Origin: Actinomycetota bacterium
GTDB taxonomy: Bacteria; Actinomycetota; Acidimicrobiia; Acidimicrobiales; CADCSY01
Reading direction: 5' to 3'
DNA length: 64,000 nt
Assembly: GCA_016781135.1 (NCBI GenBank)
Contig: JADDQY010000126.1
Location: 1,861 to 65,860, forward strand
In this document: positions 24,110 through 34,014 of the stretch, piece by piece
Position numbering within the stretch: the stretch's first letter is position 1
Layout: the number at the start of each line of letters is the position of its first letter
Translations under genes and position numbers: made by a program
Notes under the pieces: generated by a model
Told to the model about the DNA's origin: nothing
Seen by the model: only the letters and a program-made list of their open reading frames with translations
The model's database searches: none

Positions 24110-26109
24110 ATGAGATCGCTCGACGCTGTGTGTGAGGATGGGAACGTGCTGGCCGAGGGCGGAACGGCGGAGCGAGAGCTCGACCAGGCCCAAGAGGCGA
24201 TGGCGACGCTGGACGTCGACGGTGCCGTCGCCCACCTTTCCGCCGCCATCCGTGGCTTCACCGCCAGCGGCAACCGCCGGGCAGCGGCGATGGCATGCGT
24301 GAGGCTCGGCGAGCTGTTCGCCCACGCCATGAGCAACCTCACCGCCGGCCGGGGGTAGTTCGCTCGGGCGGAGCGCCTGGTGCAGGACGAAGCTCCGTGC
24401 GTGGAGCAGGGATGGGTGGCGGTGGCAGCCATGGGATGCGAGTTGACGATCCCGCCGTGCTCCTGGCCCGGGCCGAGCTCGCCCTCGACCGGGCAAGGAG
24501 GTTCGGCGACGTGAACCTCGAGACCAAGGCGTTGGCCGATGCCGGCCTCGCCCATCTCCACGCTGGGCGCGTCGCAGAAGGCATGGCGCTGCTCGACGAG
24601 GCGATGGCGCTCGCCTGTGGCACCGCCGATGACCGCGACGTCGCCTGCAAGTCGGCGTGCTCGTTGTTCACCGCTTGCTACTTCACCGCCGACTTCGAGC
24701 GGGCCGGTCGTAGGCGTCGGTCCTCCGCCAGCAGGGGCTGATCGCGGGCACCCCCGGGGCCCCGATGTTCCTCAGCACCCACTGCGACAGCGTGCAGGCG
24801 GCGCTCTTGTGCGAGGTGGGCCGCTGGGGTGAGGCCGAGGAGCTGCTCGTGCGGGCCATCGCCGACTTCGAGGCCACGATGGCGAGCGGGAGCTGGCACC
24901 CGGCGATCGCCCTCGCCGATCTCCGCATCCGCCAGGGCCGTCTGGCCGATGCCGAACAGCTCCTCCTCGGCAAGGACGGCCACGTCGAGGCCCTGCTTCC
25001 TGCCGCCCGGCTGCACCTCGCCCGCGCTGACTACGACCTGGCTCGGGCCACCGCCCTTCGGGGCTTACGAGCCTTGGCGCTGATCAGCTGCGCGCCGCCG
25101 AGCTGCTCGCCGTGCTGGTCGAGGCCGAGCTGGGCTCGGCAACGCTGACGCGGCGACCGCCCGCTGTGCCGAGCTCGGCGCCGGGACCAGCGGCCTCGAC
25201 CTCCCTGCCCTGCGGGCCCGGGTCACCACGGTGCGGGCCCGGGCGCTCGCTGCCAACGGCGAACTGGCGGCGACGGCGGCGGCGATCGAGGGCTGTGTCG
25301 ACGCCGTCGCCGGTGCCAGGGTGCCCTGCCTGCACGTCGCCCTGCTCCTCGACCTGGCCAGGCTGCTCGAGCGCGCCGGTGACCGGGCGGCGGCGATGGT
25401 GGAGGCAAGGGCGGCGGGCGCGGTGTTGGCCGGGCTCGACGTGGTGCTCCCGCCCCGAGACGTCGCCCTCCTCGAGCACCTCGGCGTTCAGCTGGACGGC
25501 GGTTGTGGCCGGCAACCCTCCCACACCGCCACCCTCATGCGGGAGGATCGCTGGTGGGAAGCGGCGTGCGGCGAGTCCGGGTTCGCCTCCCGACACCAAA
25601 AGGAGCTTCGCTACCTCGCCGAGCTGGTGGCCAATGCCGGCGTCGAGCAGCACCCGCTCGACCTGGTCGACCGGGTGGAAGGCGTCGCCCCCGCCTCCAC
25701 TGGTCTCGCCGCCCCTGTCGACCGGCGCCGTCTGGGGGATGCCGGCGAGATGATCGACAGCCAGGCACGGGCCGCCTACCGCCGCCGGGTCGAGGCGCTG
25801 CGCTCGGCGATCGACGATGCCCTCGCCGCCGGGCACGACCGCCGTGCCGAGGACCTTCAGCTAGAGCTCGATCACATCGTCGCCCAGCTCGCCCAGGCGT
25901 TCGGGCTGGGCGGCCGCGGCCGTCGCGCCTCCTCGGCGGCTGAGCGGGCTCGGCTCAACGTCACCCGTGCTCTCCGCTCGGCCACGGCCAAGGTGGCCCA
26001 GGCCCTTCCCGAGCCCGGCGCCGCCCTCGATCGACGGGTCCGCACCGGCTTGTACTGCGCTTACGAGCCGCACGACGACGACGAGGTCCGCTGGTTCGTT
26101 CACCGCTGA
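24110..26109 (+). pseudogene. Large helical-repeat (TPR-like) regulatory protein, disrupted
   Basis: The coherent protein is spread over four track ORFs in different frames. There is an in-frame TAG at 24356-24358 and frame changes near 24445, 24730, 25080 and 25135. Confidence 0.4.
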
Positions 26110-26146
26110 GTGAACGGGATCGGCCGCCGTTGAACGCCCTAGGGGC

Positions 26147-26871
26147 ATGGAAACCACCATCAACGAAATCTCCGACGGGATCTACCGGATCTCGACCTAC
26201 GTCCCCGAGGTCGCGCCACCGGCCGGCTTCACCTTCAACCAGTTCCTCGTCGTGGCCGACGAGCCGCTGCTGTTCCACACCGGTCCCCGTGGGTCGTTCC
26301 CCGCCGTGGCCGAGATGGTCGCCAAGGTCGTCCCGTCGAGTCGCTGCGGTGGATCACCTTCGGCCACGTCGAGGCCGACGAGTGTGGCTCGATGAACATG
26401 TGGCTGGCCGCCGCTCCTCGATCGCAGGTGGCCCACGGTGCCCTCGGGTGCATGGTGTCGCTCAACGATCTGTGCGACCGGGCGCCCCGTCCCCTCGCCG
26501 ACGGTGAGGTGATCGACCTGGGCGGCAAGCGGGTCCGCCATCTCGACACCCCCCACGTGCCTCACGGGTGGGAGGCGCGGGTCCTCTACGAGGAGACCAC
26601 CAACACCCTGCTCTGCGGTGACCTGTTCAGCCAGGTCGGTGGCGGGGCGGCGCTGACGACGAGCGACGTCGTCGAGCCCGCCATGGCTGCCGAGACGATG
26701 TTCCGCTCCACCTGTCTGGCCCCCCACACCGGCGCCACGCTGCGCCGCCTGGGCGACCTGGCACCCACCACGCTGGCGATCATGCACGGAGCATCCTTCG
26801 AGGGCGACGGTCGCCAGGCGTTGTACGACCTGGCGGATGCCTACGACCGAGAGCTGGCGGCGACAAGCTGA
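26147..26871 (+). pseudogene. MBL-fold (flavorubredoxin/ODP-like) metallo-hydrolase with one frameshift
   Basis: The N-terminal ISDGIYRISTYVPE...FNQFLVVADEPLLFHTG continues as VESLRWITFGHVEADECGS in another frame. A 1-nt shift near 26335, next to a CCC run, could be a sequencing error. Confidence 0.55.
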
Positions 26872-26878
26872 GGGCGCT

Positions 26879-26910
26879 CCCGCCTCCGGCGCCCCCTCAC
26901 CGGAGGCGGG
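26879..26910 (+). terminator. Stem-loop after the MBL-fold gene
   Basis: Perfect 11-bp arms CCCGCCTCCGG (26879-26889) and CCGGAGGCGGG (26900-26910) with a 10-nt loop, 8 nt after the stop. No U-tract. Confidence 0.45.
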
Positions 26911-27085
26911 CCGCACCGAGACCTGGCGGTGAAGAGCACACGCGCCGCTGGTTCGGGCGGGCCATGATCTGGGTCCACCGCGCCGGCCCCCGGCGGTTTA
27001 GCATCGGGACCCGTCGGGCGCCGAGCCCGCCTCCTCGGCTCTCCACCGAGCAGCGAGGGCTACTGGAAAGGGAGGTTGAGGAGCG

Positions 27086-27166
27086 ATGGGTCCTTACAAC
27101 ATCATCTGGCTGATCGTCGGCATCTTGCTGATCATCGTCTTGCTGCGCGTGCTCGGCGTGGTCTGA
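27086..27166 (+). CDS. Candidate 26-aa hydrophobic membrane peptide
   Basis: MGPYNIIWLIVGILLIIVLLRVLGVV, preceded by GGGAGG 7-13 nt upstream. It is below the ORF-track size cut-off. Confidence 0.4.
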   Translation: MGPYNIIWLIVGILLIIVLLRVLGVV

Positions 27167-27254
27167 TCCTCAGCCCCTGCCAGGTCGCCGCCCCCGCTCG
27201 GCGACAACGGCCAGCACGGGCTGGCAACAGTCCGAACCTCTCCAGGTGACGTCC

Positions 27255-28799
27255 TCAGCGGCCTGGGGAGGAGCCCGCTTCGCCAGCCGGGCCGCGCCTC
27301 GACAGCAGGGCGAGTACGTCGTCGATCGTGTCAACCTCATCGGGGTCCTTGTCGTGCCGGTAGCGGCGGACCCGGGCGAACCGCAGGGCAACGCCGCCGG
27401 CGTAGCGCGTCGACGCCTGCACCCCGTCGACAGCGACCTCCACCACGAGCGGCGGGGCAATCTCGACGACTCGGCCGTGCCGCGCCGACTCACGTCGGAG
27501 GAGCTCGGCGGTCTGCCATTCCAGCAGGGTGTCGGTGAGGCCCTTGAACGTCTTGCCCACCATGACGTAGCCCCCTTGGGGGTCACGGGCTCCGAGGTGC
27601 AGGTTCGACAGCCACCCCTGCCGGCGGCCGCTGCCCCACTCGGCGGCCAGGACGACCAGGTCGAGGGTGTGGACCGGCTTCACCTTCCTCCAGGCTGCGC
27701 CGCGACGGCCGGCCTCGTAGTTCGACGTCGCCGCCTTCACCATCACACCCTCGTGCCCGGCGGCGAGCGCCTCGCCTTGGAAGGCGACGGCGGTGGTGAC
27801 GTCGTCGGTGATGATCGACGGGACCCGGGGCGCGCCGAGACGGTCGAGGACCGCCGAGCGTTCGACCAGTGGCCGATCGAGCAGGTCGTGGCCGTCGAGA
27901 TGGAGACAATCGAAGAACCACACGCCGAGCGCCGCCCTCCTCGGTGGCCCGGTCCGTCGCCCGAAGCTGCTCATGGTGTCCTGGAAGGCATCCGGACCGT
28001 CTTCGCTCACTCCCATGACCTCCCCGTCGAGCACGACCTGCTCGACGTCGAGCGCACGGAGCACGGCCGCGACACCGGGGAGGCGAGCGGTCACGTCGTT
28101 GAGGTTGCGGGTGTAGAGCCGCACCTCGTCCCCGGCACGGTGGGCTTGGACCCGAGCGCCGTCGAGCTTCCACTCGACCGCACAGGTCCCGAGGTCGCCG
28201 ATCGCCGAGGCGACGTCTTCCGCGGTCGAGGCGAGCATGGGCAGGACCGGGCGCAGGACCTCCATGCCAATGGCGCAGACGCCGGACTGGCCCTGGGTCA
28301 GCGCGATCGCCGCCACACGGGCAAGGTCACCGGCCAGCATCACCGCTCGTCGGAGCGCGGCGAGCTCGACACCTGACGCTCGGGCCACGGCGTCGGCCAT
28401 GACCCCTTCCTGCGCCCCCTGGCGCAGGTCGGCGACGAGAAGCCGGCGGATGAAGTCCGCTTCGAGCAGCGTCGCCCGGCCGAGCAGGTCCTCCAGGAGC
28501 TCGAGGCGAGCGGTCCTCGTCCCAGCGCCGGCGAGCGACTGCAGCCGAGTGATCACCGCGTCGAGCTCGACCAGCTCGATGGACGGCCGCTCCGCCGCCG
28601 GCGTGTCGATGGCCCGAAGCATCGCCCACCCGACGCCGATCTTGCCTTGTCGAGGCTGCCCGGCGAGCAGGGCGACGGCCGGCTCCACCTCCGCCGGGGC
28701 GAGCCGGCGTAGCAGTGCGGCCAACGCCTCGACCTTGGCCGAGCGCGACCGGGTCGAGGCGACGTCCTCGGACGTCTGCACCAACTCGGCGAGCAGCAC
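27255..28799 (-). CDS. ATP-dependent DNA ligase
   Basis: 514 aa with adenylation motif EWKLDGARVQAH (KxDG). Length is typical of bacterial LigB/LigC-type ligases. Confidence 0.85.
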   Translation of the reverse strand: MLLAELVQTSEDVASTRSRSAKVEALAALLRRLAPAEVEPAVALLAGQPRQGKIGVGWAMLRAIDTPAAERPSIELVELDAVITRLQSLAGAGTRTARLELLEDLLGRATLLEADFIRRLLVADLRQGAQEGVMADAVARASGVELAALRRAVMLAGDLARVAAIALTQGQSGVCAIGMEVLRPVLPMLASTAEDVASAIGDLGTCAVEWKLDGARVQAHRAGDEVRLYTRNLNDVTARLPGVAAVLRALDVEQVVLDGEVMGVSEDGPDAFQDTMSSFGRRTGPPRRAALGVWFFDCLHLDGHDLLDRPLVERSAVLDRLGAPRVPSIITDDVTTAVAFQGEALAAGHEGVMVKAATSNYEAGRRGAAWRKVKPVHTLDLVVLAAEWGSGRRQGWLSNLHLGARDPQGGYVMVGKTFKGLTDTLLEWQTAELLRRESARHGRVVEIAPPLVVEVAVDGVQASTRYAGGVALRFARVRRYRHDKDPDEVDTIDDVLALLSRRGPAGEAGSSPGR

Positions 28800-28812
28800 C
28801 GGGCCAAGGTAG

Positions 28813-29403
28813 GTGAGGGACCTCCCTCGCCGAGATCGGGGAGCAGTGCCGAGGTCCGGTGACGCTCCGGCTCTGACCTCGGGGGCGCAGAACCTCGCTC
28901 CTCTGCTTCGCCCTCCGAGCGGCCACTACCCTCGGCACGTGTTCCGAGATCCGTACGTCTCCGCGGTGGTCCACCTCGCCGGCCTGGCGGACAAAGGCGA
29001 CCAACCACCGGTGGACGACCCCGAAGGGGTTGCCGCCCAGGGAGCGGCGGTGCTCGCCGGTGGTCCAACCGCTCCCGTCTCCCGCCAGGCTGAGGCCAGC
29101 CCTCGAGAGATACCGGTTCCCAGCTCGCCCAGCGCCGCCGCCCGGCTGAGGGGCTACTTCACCAGTGCCGGCTTCGAGGTTCACGCTCCCTTCGGCACGA
29201 CGCTTTCGATCGGAGCGGCCCAGTCGCGCTTCGAGAGTTTCTTCGACACCCGCCTGGTGGTGGACGAGGAGCAGTTGGGAGCTCCGATGACCACCGAGTC
29301 CGGCGGGCGGGAGTTGCCGTTGGAGGGCCTACCCGAAGAGGTACAGCGCGTGGTGGAGAGGATCTCCCTGCCCCTGCCGCCCGAGCTCCCCGGGGGACCA
29401 TAG
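28813..29403 (+). CDS. Hypothetical protein (start uncertain)
   Basis: 196-aa ORF. Only the C-terminal half (LRGYFTSAGFEVHAPFGTTLSIGAAQSRFESFF...) looks protein-like. Confidence 0.3.
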   Translation: MRDLPRRDRGAVPRSGDAPALTSGAQNLAPLLRPPSGHYPRHVFRDPYVSAVVHLAGLADKGDQPPVDDPEGVAAQGAAVLAGGPTAPVSRQAEASPREIPVPSSPSAAARLRGYFTSAGFEVHAPFGTTLSIGAAQSRFESFFDTRLVVDEEQLGAPMTTESGGRELPLEGLPEEVQRVVERISLPLPPELPGGP

Positions 29404-29570
29404 CGGCCTCGTCGGAGGGTGGGGCGGGAATCCCCCTGGGGCCCGGAGGGGGCCTGGAGGGCTGACCCGGCGGTGGGCTGTCTGCCTCGCCCCGTCCAAT
29501 CCCCGGCGTCCATCGCCGGCGCTGCGTTGGCGCTCCGATGGCTGGAGCCGTTGGCGGCGTCCCGCGCCGC

Positions 29571-30074
29571 CTACGCGTCGTGGCCGGAGTCGAGGTCTTG
29601 CACGTCTTGGAACCCGAGTTGGGTGCCCTCCGCTCGCTCGGCGTCGCCGGCGACGGGTTCGAGCAGGAAGGCGACGTGGTCGCCGCAGTCGAAGCGATCG
29701 AGGACCCGGCCGGCGACCCATCCCCGACAGCCAGGGAGGACCGGAGCACCGCCCGGTCCCGGCTCCCACTCGCAGCGGGCGAACTTGTCGATCTCGTCAC
29801 CGGTGTGCTCTCCGAAGAGCTTGGCAACGTCGAGGTCGCTGCGAGAGAGGAAGTGGACGACCACGACCTCGGCGCCTCGCACCACCCGAAAGGTGTGGTT
29901 GCGCTTGGAGATGCACACGAGCAACCGGGATGGTTCGATGCTGCACTGGGTCGCGAACCCCACCAGGCAGCCGGCGCGCTCCCCGTCGGCCCCTGCCGCG
30001 GTCACGACGAACATCGGGTAGTCGATGCTCGCGACCAGGGCTTGGAAGGCGGAGTTGGGGTCGTCAGCGGCCAT
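29571..30074 (-). CDS. Flavin reductase-like FMN-binding protein
   Basis: The internal ATG at 30074 gives MAADDPNSAFQALVASIDYPMFVVTAAGADGERAGCLVGF..., the typical flavin reductase domain pattern. Confidence 0.6.
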   Translation of the reverse strand: MAADDPNSAFQALVASIDYPMFVVTAAGADGERAGCLVGFATQCSIEPSRLLVCISKRNHTFRVVRGAEVVVVHFLSRSDLDVAKLFGEHTGDEIDKFARCEWEPGPGGAPVLPGCRGWVAGRVLDRFDCGDHVAFLLEPVAGDAERAEGTQLGFQDVQDLDSGHDA

Positions 30075-30108
30075 GTGCGCAGTCCCTTTGCGCTCGCGAC
30101 GGCGAGCC

Positions 30109-30462
30109 CTACTCCCCCTCGAGCAACTCGAGCACCCGTTCCGGCGGTCGAGCGATGATGGCACGGTCGTCGAGGATCACGATGGGGCGCTCGATCAAGA
30201 TCGGGTGACGGGTCATCGCGTCGAGGAGCTCGTCGCGGCTCGCTCGCTGGAGCCCGAGCTCGCTGTACACCGGTTCGCCGGTGCGCATCATCCGACGGGG
30301 ATCGTCGAAGCCGAGGAGCGCCATGACCCGCTCGAGCTCGTGGCGACTCGGCGCTCGCTCGAGGTACTCGACGTAGCGAGCGTCGACACCCCGCTCCGAA
30401 AGGATGGCCTGCGCCGTTCGACACTTGGAGCAGCTCGGGTTGAAGTAGACGGACATGTCCAT
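30109..30462 (-). CDS. ArsC/Spx-family (glutaredoxin-like) protein
   Basis: 117 aa. VYFNPSCSKCRTAQAILSERGVD...HPILIERPIV is typical of the ArsC/YffB family. Confidence 0.7.
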   Translation of the reverse strand: MDMSVYFNPSCSKCRTAQAILSERGVDARYVEYLERAPSRHELERVMALLGFDDPRRMMRTGEPVYSELGLQRASRDELLDAMTRHPILIERPIVILDDRAIIARPPERVLELLEGE

Positions 30463-30657
30463 GTCCGGCTCAGCGTAGGACCCCAGCGCTCCAACGCACG
30501 GCTGGGACGGGGCGGGACCACGAGGGCTTGCAACGAGTCCGCCGAGAACAGGCTCACGAACTCGGAGCGTTGAGCTGTTTCACGACTCGGTCAACGGGGT
30601 ACCGAGGAGCCTCCATGTCCCAGCTGAGGCGATTGTCCGTTCGGATCAGGAGGGTCG

Positions 30658-31560
30658 GTGATCGAGATGCGGGGGATGCCCAGCCAGCGACGGCTGGGAC
30701 CAGCGAAGGGACGAGCCATCGCCGAGCGGACGGTGGGCCCGGTGGGCCTCGGGGCCATGCCCATGTCGCTCGAGGGCAGGCCCGACCGGTCGCAGGCGAT
30801 CGCCACCGTCCATGCCGCCCTCGACGCGGGTATCACCCTGATCGATACTGCCGACGCCTACTCGACCGGCGGAGCCGACACCGGCCACAACGAACGACTG
30901 GTCGCCGAGGCCCTGCGGTCGTGGGGCTCGGGCCGCGAAGACGTGCTGGTGGCGACTAAGGGAGGCCATGTTCGCCCGGGTGACGGCTCCTGGCTGGTCG
31001 ACGGTCGCCCCGAGCACCTCAAAGCGGCGTGTGAGGCGTCGCTCGTGGCCCTCGGCGTCGAGGCGATCGACCTCTACCAACTGCACCGCCCTGATCCCGC
31101 CGTGCCCTTTGCCGAGTCCGTGGGGGCACTCGCCGAGCTCCGCGACGAGGGCAAGGTCCGCCTCGTCGGGCTGTCGAACGTGAGCGTCGAGCAGATCGAC
31201 GAGGCCAACCGCATCGTTGCCGTCGCCAGCGTGCAGAACCAGTTCTCGCCGGCGTTCCGGTCGTCGGGTCCCGAGCTCGCTCACTGCCGTGACCACGGGA
31301 TCGCCTTCCTGGCCTGGGGGCCCCTCGGCGGCATGGGCGCCGCCGCCAACCTCGGCTCGAGCCACCAGGCGTTCGCCGAGGTCGCCCGCCGTCACGCCGT
31401 CTCGCCCCAGCAGGTGGCGTTGGCGTGGGCGCTCGCCCACGCCGAGGTCGTCATCCCCATTCCGGGCGCCAGCCGCCCGTCGACGATCGTCGACAGCGCC
31501 AGGGCGGCCGAGCTGGCGCTGGATGACGACGACCTCACGCTGCTGGGGATGGCGGCGTGA
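30658..31560 (+). CDS. Aldo/keto reductase
   Basis: 300 aa. GLGAM...GITLIDTADAY...LYQLHRPD...GLSNV pattern. AGGAGG lies upstream of the GTG start. Confidence 0.8.
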   Translation: MIEMRGMPSQRRLGPAKGRAIAERTVGPVGLGAMPMSLEGRPDRSQAIATVHAALDAGITLIDTADAYSTGGADTGHNERLVAEALRSWGSGREDVLVATKGGHVRPGDGSWLVDGRPEHLKAACEASLVALGVEAIDLYQLHRPDPAVPFAESVGALAELRDEGKVRLVGLSNVSVEQIDEANRIVAVASVQNQFSPAFRSSGPELAHCRDHGIAFLAWGPLGGMGAAANLGSSHQAFAEVARRHAVSPQQVALAWALAHAEVVIPIPGASRPSTIVDSARAAELALDDDDLTLLGMAA

Positions 31561-32975
31561 CCACGGCCGGTCCCATCGAGCTCGTCGGCGGCTTCGAGAC
31601 GACATACCTTCCCGGCCACGACCGCGACGTCGCCGAGACGACCGAACACGACATCCGGTGGCGCGACGACCTCGAGTTGCTCCACAGCTTCGGGGTGACC
31701 CGGCTGCGCTACCCGGTGCGGTGGCACCGGATCGAGGCCGACGAGGGCGAATACGACTGGCGGGGCACCGACCAGGTGCTCGGCCACCTCCACGACCGCG
31801 GCTTGCGGCCCATCCTCGACCTGGTCCACCACACGAGCTACCCACGCTGGCTCGAGGGCGGCTTCGCTGACCCACGCTTCGGCGGTGCCTATCTGCGCTT
31901 CGCCGAGGCCGTCGCCCGTCGTTACCCCTGGATCCCCGAGTACACCCTGTTCAACGAACCGTTCTCGACGCTGTTCCTTGCCGGGCACGAGGCCATCTGG
32001 CCGCCCTATCTCTCGGGGATCGAGGGGTTCGTGCAGCTGATCGCCAACGTCCTGCCGGCCGTCACCGAAGCCAGCCGGATGTACCGCTCGCTGCTGCCCG
32101 AGGCACATCACGTCTACGTCGACACCTGCGAGCACCACTACGCGGGCGACGAGGCGTCCGGCCCGTACACGGCCATGGCCAACGACCGTCGCTTCTTCGT
32201 GCTCGACACGTTCCTGGGCTCGCTCGACCTCGACAGCTTGTTCCTGCCGCTCGTGCTCCAGGCAGGCGGGGAGCGACTGCTCGACATCGAGCCGGGAGTT
32301 ATCGACGTCCTCGGGCTCGACTACTACCCGCACTGCCAGTGGCGGTTCAGCCAGGAGGGAAACGTCGTCCCCGCTTGGGACCCGATCCCGCTCTCCGCCC
32401 AGATCCTGGAGTACTGGGAGCGCTACCGGCTCCCGTGCATGCTCTCCGAGACCAACATCCGTGGCTTCTCCTCCGATCGGGCCAGCTGGCTCAAGTACAC
32501 CCTCGAGCAGTGCGAGCTGGCCGCCGCCGCCGGCGTGCCACTCAGCGGGCACTGCTGGTTCCCGTTCATCGACTCGGCCGACTGGGACTCGTTGCTCTTC
32601 CGCTGTGAGGGCAACATCGATCCCGTCGGCGTCCACTGGCTCGACGAGAAGCTGGACCGCCGCCCATCGTCGATGTCGCGTTCCTACGCCCTGGCCGCTG
32701 CCGGGGTGCCGGCGGCAGAGCTGCCCGCGTACCGGCTGCGCCAGCCGGTGGCCACCTGGCTACGCGGCTACCTGCCCCACATGCAGCACTGGACCTGGGA
32801 ACCGCCTCCGACCAGCGAGATCTGCTCGAACACCACCCCGCCTGATGCCTGCATCGAGTTGAAGATCGTCGATCCACCGCCATCTCGTCATGTCCTCCCA
32901 CCTGCGCTGGACGCTGGCGTGGCCGCCACCGAGGCACCTGGTGCCGGCGGCTCGGAGGGCCTGGTCACCGGCTAG
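31557..32975 (+). CDS. Clan GH-A (GH1-like) glycoside hydrolase
   Basis: 472 aa with candidate acid/base TLFNEP and nucleophile MLSETN motifs. 4-nt overlap with the upstream gene. Confidence 0.55.
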   Translation: MTTAGPIELVGGFETTYLPGHDRDVAETTEHDIRWRDDLELLHSFGVTRLRYPVRWHRIEADEGEYDWRGTDQVLGHLHDRGLRPILDLVHHTSYPRWLEGGFADPRFGGAYLRFAEAVARRYPWIPEYTLFNEPFSTLFLAGHEAIWPPYLSGIEGFVQLIANVLPAVTEASRMYRSLLPEAHHVYVDTCEHHYAGDEASGPYTAMANDRRFFVLDTFLGSLDLDSLFLPLVLQAGGERLLDIEPGVIDVLGLDYYPHCQWRFSQEGNVVPAWDPIPLSAQILEYWERYRLPCMLSETNIRGFSSDRASWLKYTLEQCELAAAAGVPLSGHCWFPFIDSADWDSLLFRCEGNIDPVGVHWLDEKLDRRPSSMSRSYALAAAGVPAAELPAYRLRQPVATWLRGYLPHMQHWTWEPPPTSEICSNTTPPDACIELKIVDPPPSRHVLPPALDAGVAATEAPGAGGSEGLVTG

Positions 32976-33119
32976 GACGGGCGAGCAAGGGCCTCCCCCT
33001 CGCCCCCGGACGTCGGGACAGCCGGGCGGCGAGGTCACCGTGTCGCCGGCGCCGGCCCTGGGCGGTGGTGGGGGGGTACGCTGCCAGCCGACCGCCGAGC
33101 GCCCGAACGAGGAGTCGAG

Positions 33120-33974
33120 ATGACGTCGACGGCAGATGCGGTGTCCTGGGAAGACGCGATCTACCGCGACGGCATCATCTCCCTCAAAGGGGCCTTCTCG
33201 GCGCAGTGGGCCGATGAGATGCGGGAGGACTTCGAGGTCCTCTATGAAGAAGCTGAGCGCCGCGACCTCGAGTCCAGCGACGGACGAGGAAGAGGCCGTG
33301 TGCCGCGAGGCCCGGGTGACGATGCAAAGCGCTACTACCTCGCGGTTCACCCGCAGCGTCTGCGCCGCTTCCGAGAACTGGTCACCCACCCTCTTGTCGA
33401 TGCGGTGTGTCGCAGCGTCCTCGGGGACGACTACCAGTATGTCGAGATCGGGTTCGACGTCGCCCTCCCGGGTGCGGTCAAACAGCCCTTGCACCGTGAC
33501 TTCCCGACGCCGGAGGAGACCAAGGCCACCGGCCGCCTGAGCTCGCTGGCCATCAATGCCACCTGTGTCGACGTGACTCGCGAGATGGGCCCACTGGAGA
33601 TCGCGCCGGGCACCCACCTCGATGACAGCGCCGACTTCGAGCAGGGCATGCGAGTGCCCTCGACGATCTACGGCCGCTACGTCGACCGGCTCGAGAGCCG
33701 CATGCCGAAGCGGGGTGACGTTTCCATCCGCACCGGACTGACGGTGCACCGTGGCACCGACAACATCTCCTCCCTTCCCAGGCCAGTGATGATCCTGGGC
33801 GTGATGGCCGCTCAGTACGAGACGTTCGCCGACCACGACTTCACGATGACTCGCGACTACTACGAGAGCCTTCCGGCCGAGGTGAAGCAACATCTTCGCC
33901 GCTGCGAGCTTGCCGACGAGTTGGAGCCGATCGAACAGGATTACGTCTTGGACTTCCTGTTGGAAGAGGGATGA
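33120..33974 (+). CDS. Phytanoyl-CoA dioxygenase (PhyH)-family Fe(II)/2-oxoglutarate oxygenase
   Basis: 284 aa. Overall PhyH-like pattern (QPLHRDF..., ...TVHRGTDN). Confidence 0.5.
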   Translation: MTSTADAVSWEDAIYRDGIISLKGAFSAQWADEMREDFEVLYEEAERRDLESSDGRGRGRVPRGPGDDAKRYYLAVHPQRLRRFRELVTHPLVDAVCRSVLGDDYQYVEIGFDVALPGAVKQPLHRDFPTPEETKATGRLSSLAINATCVDVTREMGPLEIAPGTHLDDSADFEQGMRVPSTIYGRYVDRLESRMPKRGDVSIRTGLTVHRGTDNISSLPRPVMILGVMAAQYETFADHDFTMTRDYYESLPAEVKQHLRRCELADELEPIEQDYVLDFLLEEG

Positions 33975-34014
33975 GCCCGATCGAGGGCGCGTCGAGGAGC
34001 TCCGGCGGGTGGAG

